A DNA stretch of 42,238 bases. It comes from a virus (taxonomy: Duplodnaviria; Caudoviricetes). The DNA lies in the IMG/VR virus record IMGVR_UViG_3300032302_000137, positions 1 through 42,238 of that record, one strand, 5' to 3'. The position numbers and the translations under genes were made by a program. Of this stretch, positions 36,884 through 42,238 are shown one piece after another. Within the stretch, counting starts at the first letter, position 1. Every line of letters begins with the position of its first letter. The notes under the pieces were generated by a model. That model made no database searches, was not told the origin of the DNA, and saw only the letters and a list, made by a program, of their open reading frames with translations.

Positions 36884-36920
36884 ACCTCCTCCTTTCCTCG
36901 TATATTTTTTTCCCCCTTCG

Positions 36921-36999
36921 TGGAGCCGTGGGGAATCGAACCCCAGTCCAAACCATTCCGACTTGCGGGTTTAAGGTTTGTCGATACCATTCCGGCCCC
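36921..36999 (-). ncRNA. minimal tmRNA-like RNA (tRNA-like domain only)
   Basis: GGGGCCG-GAATGGTATCGAC-AAACC...GGTTTG-GAC-TGGGG-TTCGATT-CCCCA-CGGCTCC-A. G3.U70 acceptor stem, stemless D loop, no tag ORF. Confidence 0.8.
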
Positions 37000-37013
37000 T
37001 CGATACAGATAAG

Positions 37014-37057
37014 CGGCCCACGCTAGAATCGAACTAGCGACCACACCATGTGGGCCG
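37014..37057 (-). ncRNA. miniature tRNA-like RNA (acceptor stem + T arm)
   Basis: GGCCCAC-ATGGTGTGGTC-GCTAG-TTCGATT-CTAGC-GTGGGCC-G. Confidence 0.7.
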
Positions 37058-37198
37058 TCCGCACGCGCACGCGTGCGATATAGCCGTTCTCCCTTACCCT
37101 GCGGAAGAGTTGGCTATCCCGATAGTGCTAGACCCACGCCTACAGCTAGGGCAACTAACAGTAAAAACGAAGCCAACTCCACTTAAAGGTAGTCCTTT

Positions 37199-37453
37199 CT
37201 AAAGACCTATTTCGGCCATGAACTCGTGATCTACGCGTTCACACTCACAGTCGTCGGCATCTGTTTCGCCACAATCCCGACATTCGACATTGGTGACTTC
37301 TCCATAATCGGAGTCGTACTCTTCGGAGTCCCAATGTTCGCCGTAACCGTCATAGACCATTTGTTGAGCCTCTTCAAACGAGTCGGCTTCGACTCGCCAA
37401 GTGACTGTTCTATAACTGGTTTCGTCTTGTTGGACTTCAAACCACCTAGACAT
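37199..37453 (-). CDS. acidic hypothetical protein
   Basis: VEADSFEEA motif, CRDC. Confidence 0.6.
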   Translation of the reverse strand: MSRWFEVQQDETSYRTVTWRVEADSFEEAQQMVYDGYGEHWDSEEYDSDYGEVTNVECRDCGETDADDCECERVDHEFMAEIGL

Positions 37454-37550
37454 TTCCTCTCTTTCTCTTGTTTTAGTGCTGGCGCACTAGGACCGCCACG
37501 AGGGGAAACAGGAGGAGGAAAACCCCCATGGCGGTCCTGCTGCGCCAGAC

Positions 37551-37730
37551 CTACAGAGCTTTGGCGAATTCCTTATCTGCGGCATAAACCACTTCGATGA
37601 AACCTTGAGACGAGAGTGACTCTAGGTATTCATTTTTGTGGTGACCGCAGAACGCCAATTCCATGTTGGATTCTGACTTGGTAAACCGGGACTGTGCCCT
37701 AGCACCGCACCGGTCACAAAGAATGACCAT
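37551..37730 (-). CDS. small zinc-finger protein
   Basis: CDRCGARA...LAFCGHH. Confidence 0.65.
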   Translation of the reverse strand: MVILCDRCGARAQSRFTKSESNMELAFCGHHKNEYLESLSSQGFIEVVYAADKEFAKAL

Positions 37731-37877
37731 TCTTACTCCTCTTTTTCTCACAGGGAAAGGGTGAAAAGGGTAGGCCGCAAGAATGTGCAGCGGATTTATC
37801 GGTAGGCTTACAGTCGCCTGGTCCCGCCTACCCTTTTCCTCTCCCCTTTTTCTATCTCCCCACGGTTTGGGAAGTCT

Positions 37878-38222
37878 TTAGTCGTCGTCGCCGCAGCAAT
37901 CCGACTCGTCGCAAGATCGACACTGTTGGCATTCGTCGCACCAATCGCTGTCACCCTGACCGCAGTAATGACACCAGTAGCAGCATGTAAGGCCACAGTG
38001 GGTACAGTTCTCACAGTCAGCGCACCAATCACTGTCACCGCGACCGCAAGAGCGGCAAAAGTTTTCACAATCGCAGCCCTCACAGTATTTACAGATCGTG
38101 CAGTCAGCGCACCAATCACTGTCACCTTCACCGCACTTGCGGCAATATGGCCTGGTGGCGATGCCAAGTTCTGACTCAAACCAGTCAGCCATTTCCTCCT
38201 CCAATTTCTCCTGTTTGGTCAT
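37878..38222 (-). CDS. Cys-rich repeat (metallothionein-like) protein
   Basis: Three CxxCGxGDSDWCxxCxxC repeats. Confidence 0.65.
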   Translation of the reverse strand: MTKQEKLEEEMADWFESELGIATRPYCRKCGEGDSDWCADCTICKYCEGCDCENFCRSCGRGDSDWCADCENCTHCGLTCCYWCHYCGQGDSDWCDECQQCRSCDESDCCGDDD

Positions 38223-38278
38223 TAAGACCCCAAGGCGCACAGCCCGGTAAATATCTGTGCGCTATGGGGACGTAACGC

Positions 38279-38659
38279 CTAGTCCCAAGGATTACTACCG
38301 GTGCCCTCGTCGGGCAGTTCGATGCCAGCCTCGCGCATCATGCGCTTGATTTCGTCGGGCAGTTCACCGGACCGCATCATGGCGGTCATCTCAGCGACGG
38401 TGTGCAGCAAATCGCTGGCACGATCCACCGGCTGAAGAGTCGCATAACCACCACGCTTGTCATGCAGGTCGATGACAGGGCTGTCCAGGTCGGTGTTCAG
38501 ATCACTGCCATCGACCGGCTCCAACTGAAGGAACTGGGCCACGGCCATGAGATCCATCGGCGTACCGACGTAACGGATCTCATGTGATTGACCCTCCTTG
38601 CCGGGAGCAACCAGCACACCCTGAAGAACACCGTCCTTGTAGGTTTTGTGAGCGATCAC
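38279..38659 (-). CDS. hypothetical protein
   Basis: GTG start with SD AGGAG. Confidence 0.6.
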   Translation of the reverse strand: MIAHKTYKDGVLQGVLVAPGKEGQSHEIRYVGTPMDLMAVAQFLQLEPVDGSDLNTDLDSPVIDLHDKRGGYATLQPVDRASDLLHTVAEMTAMMRSGELPDEIKRMMREAGIELPDEGTGSNPWD

Positions 38660-38750
38660 TTTTCTTCTCCTGTTTCTCTCGTATGTACGGCGATCACCGC
38701 ACAGAACACCGCACAAGTCACTGACGACTTATGCGGTGTCCTCTACAGCG

Positions 38751-38897
38751 TCACCAGGCAGCGACTAAAGGCTCGCTGGCTTTGGCCCGTTCGATGTGAA
38801 CGTCGAACCACTCCATTTGCTGGCAGTTACGCCATGGACTGGCCCCACACACCGGGCACTTGGCGGCTTGGTTCTGGTTGAATCCATCCGGAAACAT
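38751..38897 (-). CDS. small phage zinc-finger protein (48 aa)
   Basis: SD AGGAGG. CPVCGA....C...HIER. Confidence 0.55.
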   Translation of the reverse strand: MFPDGFNQNQAAKCPVCGASPWRNCQQMEWFDVHIERAKASEPLVAAW

Positions 38898-38993
38898 CCG
38901 CTCCTCCTATTTCTCCACTTCCAGATAACGAGTTCCGCTATCTGGAAAAGGCCAGGGACATTGCTGCCCCTGGCCCATCCACATAGTCGCTAC

Positions 38994-40526
38994 TCACTCG
39001 ACAATGATTTGACCCTTCTTGTCCTCGCCGTACTTGTCGTACAGCGCGGCTGCGTTCAGACCCTGCTCGATACCGCTGCGGGTGCGACCCTCGATAGCAT
39101 CCAGGTTGCACTGAACACCACTGACTGCCGATTCCAGCAACAGCACCTGCGACTCCGGGGAGTGCAGTACCGCCTGCGCAGCATCCACCTGAAGGGCGCG
39201 GAACGCCTGATCCAGGGTGGGCGGCTTGGGCGGCTCGACGGCCTCCTGCTGCAACTTCCACTGCGCACGAACAACGTTCGCAGCGGCCAACAGGTCATCG
39301 GTCGTCACCGTGATGGTGTCGCCCTTGGAGAGAACGACTGCACCGATGATGGCCTTGTTCAACACCTCGTGGATGTAAGCGGGGGTAAAGCCCTCGATCA
39401 CATCCCACAGGGCATCGAAGTCAACGTCATCGGACAGTTCGGCCTCAGAGATGTTCGCCCGAACGATTCGCTCCATGGTGGATCGGTTGGAAGGACCGAT
39501 ATACAACCATGTGTCGATACGACCGGGACGGAACATGCCGGGAGTGATGCGATCCATGTAGTTGGTCGTCATAATCAACTTCACGTCCGCACCCTTGGCG
39601 GCGATACCGTCGAACGCCTCCAACAAGGCCGATACCTCATGGGCATCGGAAGTGTTGGCTACGTTGTCGATATCCTCAGCACCCACCACGGAAGGACCGT
39701 AGAGGGCACCGATCCGCATGAGGTCCGTCATGTTGACGGAAGGACCGCCCTCAAGCCAAGTGTGGCCTGTGCGGATTGCCTCGACAGCAGCGATCTGAAG
39801 CAGCGAGGACTTACCAGTGCCGAACTCACCGTAACCAAGCGTGGTTCGTTTCTGGCTCACCCCGCGGCGGATCAAGCTGTCGCGCTGACGGATCGGACCA
39901 AGGACGTAACGCTCGATAGCAGCCGTCACGTCATCGTTGAACACGATGCGCTTGGGGTCTGCGTACTTGCTGGTGTCCACGAACTCCAGCGACCCACCCT
40001 CGGTCAGCCGCACCGCCTTGCCGCGATAGATTGAGTGCGAGTCAAGTCGCGCCTCAACCTTGTCGAGGAAATCGGTGATGAGTGGCTGATCCATCCGGCG
40101 CACATAGGCCATGATGTAGAACACACGGCCCAGGTGCGGACGGTCAGGGTCGACGCCTTCTCCGACGTACACCATTGCGTCGTCGCCCAGCGACGGGATG
40201 CTCACCTGACCGGTGGGAACCTCGATTGCGTCGGTGAGAGACACCTTCACGCTCTTGGACTCCGGTGGGTTGAACTTCGACCCCGACGAGAAGCTGATCC
40301 CGAACGACTTGTCGAGACAGTGGGCCGTGGCGACCAGACCGTCATCGAGCAGGTAGCGGAAGTACCGCTTGCTGGTCTTGACGTAGGTTTCCATGGCTTC
40401 CTTGTGACGACAAAGGGCCGTGATCGCAGTGTCGTAGCTGATTTTCTGCGGTAGGACGATATCCGCACGAGCGGAATCGTCATGCCGAGAAACACCGTCG
40501 CTGCTGATTGGCTTGTCGATTGCCAT
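38994..40526 (-). CDS. AAA+ ATPase
   Basis: Walker A GEFGTGKS, Walker B VVGAEDID, SRH TTNY...FRPGRID. Confidence 0.9.
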   Translation of the reverse strand: MAIDKPISSDGVSRHDDSARADIVLPQKISYDTAITALCRHKEAMETYVKTSKRYFRYLLDDGLVATAHCLDKSFGISFSSGSKFNPPESKSVKVSLTDAIEVPTGQVSIPSLGDDAMVYVGEGVDPDRPHLGRVFYIMAYVRRMDQPLITDFLDKVEARLDSHSIYRGKAVRLTEGGSLEFVDTSKYADPKRIVFNDDVTAAIERYVLGPIRQRDSLIRRGVSQKRTTLGYGEFGTGKSSLLQIAAVEAIRTGHTWLEGGPSVNMTDLMRIGALYGPSVVGAEDIDNVANTSDAHEVSALLEAFDGIAAKGADVKLIMTTNYMDRITPGMFRPGRIDTWLYIGPSNRSTMERIVRANISEAELSDDVDFDALWDVIEGFTPAYIHEVLNKAIIGAVVLSKGDTITVTTDDLLAAANVVRAQWKLQQEAVEPPKPPTLDQAFRALQVDAAQAVLHSPESQVLLLESAVSGVQCNLDAIEGRTRSGIEQGLNAAALYDKYGEDKKGQIIVE

Positions 40527-40603
40527 ATTCCTGTTTTCTCCTGTATTTCATCTCGTACCTGCCCGTTGTGGACAGGTGTCTCACTAGATGAGGGGAGACG
40601 TTT

Positions 40604-40672
40604 CTAACCGAACAGCGCCGCGAACAGGCACACGAAGAACACCCACGCAAACACAAAGATCACCGCAGTCAC
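40604..40672 (-). CDS. 22-aa hydrophobic peptide
   Basis: MTAVIFVFAWVFFVCLFAALFG, GTGA-coupled to the upstream gene. Confidence 0.45.
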   Translation of the reverse strand: MTAVIFVFAWVFFVCLFAALFG

Positions 40673-40845
40673 TTACGGATAGTCACCGCACGGTCGTAGA
40701 CCGGTAAGCTGGCCGTCCGCTGATCGAAGTGAGCCTGAAGCTTGACCTTGGCATCAACCAGCCAGCCGTCGTAGTGCCGATGGTCGACCGGGGGCATGAT
40801 GCTGGGCTTGACCTCAAGATTGAGAATCTGCTCAACTTTGTCCAT
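40669..40845 (-). CDS. hypothetical protein
   Basis: SD GGAGGGAG. Confidence 0.55.
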   Translation of the reverse strand: MDKVEQILNLEVKPSIMPPVDHRHYDGWLVDAKVKLQAHFDQRTASLPVYDRAVTIRK

Positions 40846-40937
40846 ATGTCTCTCCCTCCTCAATCCCCGCATCTAGTGAGGCATCAGCCCACAGGAGGAA
40901 CCGGGTTGGAGTACAGGCGCGACGGGACGCGTCGGTA

Positions 40938-41306
40938 CTAGACTCGTTGAGGCCGGTAGCGGTTGCCCACGATCCAAGTGATCTTGTCGTCATCCTCGAC
41001 GACCTCACTGGGATGGGTGTAGAACGTATCCACAACCGGACCCGGACAGCAGGGCAATTCGACCTGCTCGAACTCGAAACTCTCGAAGCCTGCATGTTGC
41101 AGAAGCCTCGACACGAACTCAGCGACCTGCTGAACCGGGGTCAGCGGAGAGCGGCCCAGAAGCTCGACCGCCGAAGTGCTGTTCTGCATGAAGAACACAC
41201 TGACCCTGTTGTCGTCGTTGTCACCGATTTCGACCACGATGGAATCCTTGATCGTCGTCAGCACACTGTTGAGCTTGGGATGGAACACATTGGCTTGAAT
41301 GGACAC
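40938..41306 (-). CDS. hypothetical protein
   Basis: SD GGAGGT, 122 aa. Confidence 0.6.
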   Translation of the reverse strand: MSIQANVFHPKLNSVLTTIKDSIVVEIGDNDDNRVSVFFMQNSTSAVELLGRSPLTPVQQVAEFVSRLLQHAGFESFEFEQVELPCCPGPVVDTFYTHPSEVVEDDDKITWIVGNRYRPQRV

Positions 41307-41646
41307 TAAACCTCCCGGTTTATCGAAGTGCGGAATGATTGAATGCCCCGTCGCACCTGTGCCCCAACCCGGTTCGGATCCACGGAGGGGTCAGGTTTGG
41401 CAGATCCTGTGCAAGCGATAGCCGCTACCCGACCCCTCCGCTTCACCTACGAGAGAAAGTGGAGAGGAATCTTGACCACTGGAAAGCACTGACGTTTCCT
41501 CGTTACCAGTGCAGTGATCGGTCTACCCATTGAGGCATGGATAGCACAAGCAGCAAAAACAACTTGCTGCTCACCCTCTTGCGGGGGCATTGAGCCTTTC
41601 GGCTTTGTGCCCTGTAGGGGTATGAAGCCCTACAGGGCTAGGGAGA

Positions 41647-42096
41647 CTAGAAGCACTCTCCCCTGTGCTGTGTGGTGCAGAGGGCACACGTCGGAAGCCG
41701 ACGCGGTACCTGCACCTGGACGGTCTCGTCAGGAGCCGGAATCTGAACCGGCATCCCGCCGTAACCGGCGACGGTCACCGTAGCGTTAGGACGACGAATC
41801 GTCATCACGACCTCACGATCCACATCGGAACGCTTGCGGCGCGGGTAATCGACAGGGCCGATACCAACGATGACCTGCTTATCGACAACCGGAATCGCAC
41901 CGGCATTGCCATAAACACTTGAGTACATAACAGACCCTTTCGCAGATTGGGTCTGAAAGGCGCGAAAAGCGGCTGGGCCGCTAGGCCCAGCCACCTCCCT
42001 CTCGCTGGGCACGCTCACGTTCGGCGCGTGCCCTGTCAGCCCGCGCCGCTTGAGCGCGTGCCCTTTCCTCAGCGCGTTTCGCAACTTTCGCGGCAT
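41647..42096 (-). CDS. basic hypothetical protein (start uncertain)
   Basis: MPRKLRNALRK..., C-terminal CALC..QH..EC. Confidence 0.5.
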   Translation of the reverse strand: MPRKLRNALRKGHALKRRGLTGHAPNVSVPSEREVAGPSGPAAFRAFQTQSAKGSVMYSSVYGNAGAIPVVDKQVIVGIGPVDYPRRKRSDVDREVVMTIRRPNATVTVAGYGGMPVQIPAPDETVQVQVPRRLPTCALCTTQHRGECF

Positions 42097-42238
42097 CGCG
42101 CATCTGCCTGTAGTCGGCCACTCTCGCGCCGTACAGTTCCCGGTCACTCACACCGGACAAGCCGGTGATCGTGCCGCCATTGCGACGTGAGTACACAGTG
42201 TTCGGCGAAAAGCCGCTGTGCATCACGCCCTCGCGCAT

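Noticed and set aside
36921-36999. Ordinary tRNA-Ala, or an attP copy of the host ssrA 3' end
   Set aside because: There is no D stem or 7-nt anticodon loop. Both 5' and 3' tmRNA-like ends are present and paired, and the site is 9 kb from the recombinase.
37930-38135. CRISPR-like spaced repeats
   Set aside because: They are in-frame coding repeats of the Cys-rich protein, and there is no cas operon.
38796-40034. 412-aa + strand ORF
   Set aside because: Antisense shadow of the AAA+ ATPase with no recognisable motifs.

Overview
A 42 kb piece of a tailed actinobacteriophage, most like a mycobacteriophage or related Corynebacteriales siphovirus. The + strand (1-26.8 kb) carries the end of the minor tail genes, a lysis cassette (amidase lysin A, lysin B, holin) and an NrdH-like redoxin. 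It continues with a ParB-like gene, an ERF/exonuclease recombination module with a ClpP-like protease, SSB, a primase-helicase, two WhiB genes, RusA, a DnaQ-like exonuclease, HNH genes, a displaced 519-aa virion-like gene and many small ORFs. The - strand (26.9-42.2 kb) carries a Xer-like tyrosine recombinase and a long array of small genes, including a full-length NusG homologue, a Cys-rich repeat protein and an AAA+ ATPase. The most unusual content is non-coding. There is a 79-nt RNA that looks like the tRNA-like domain of tmRNA with the mRNA-like domain missing, and beside it a ~44-nt acceptor/T-arm tRNA mimic. There is also a promoter- and terminator-bounded ~265-nt structured RNA, plus several multibranch or long-stem intergenic elements. 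All product calls come from motif recognition by eye. No database search or folding program was run.
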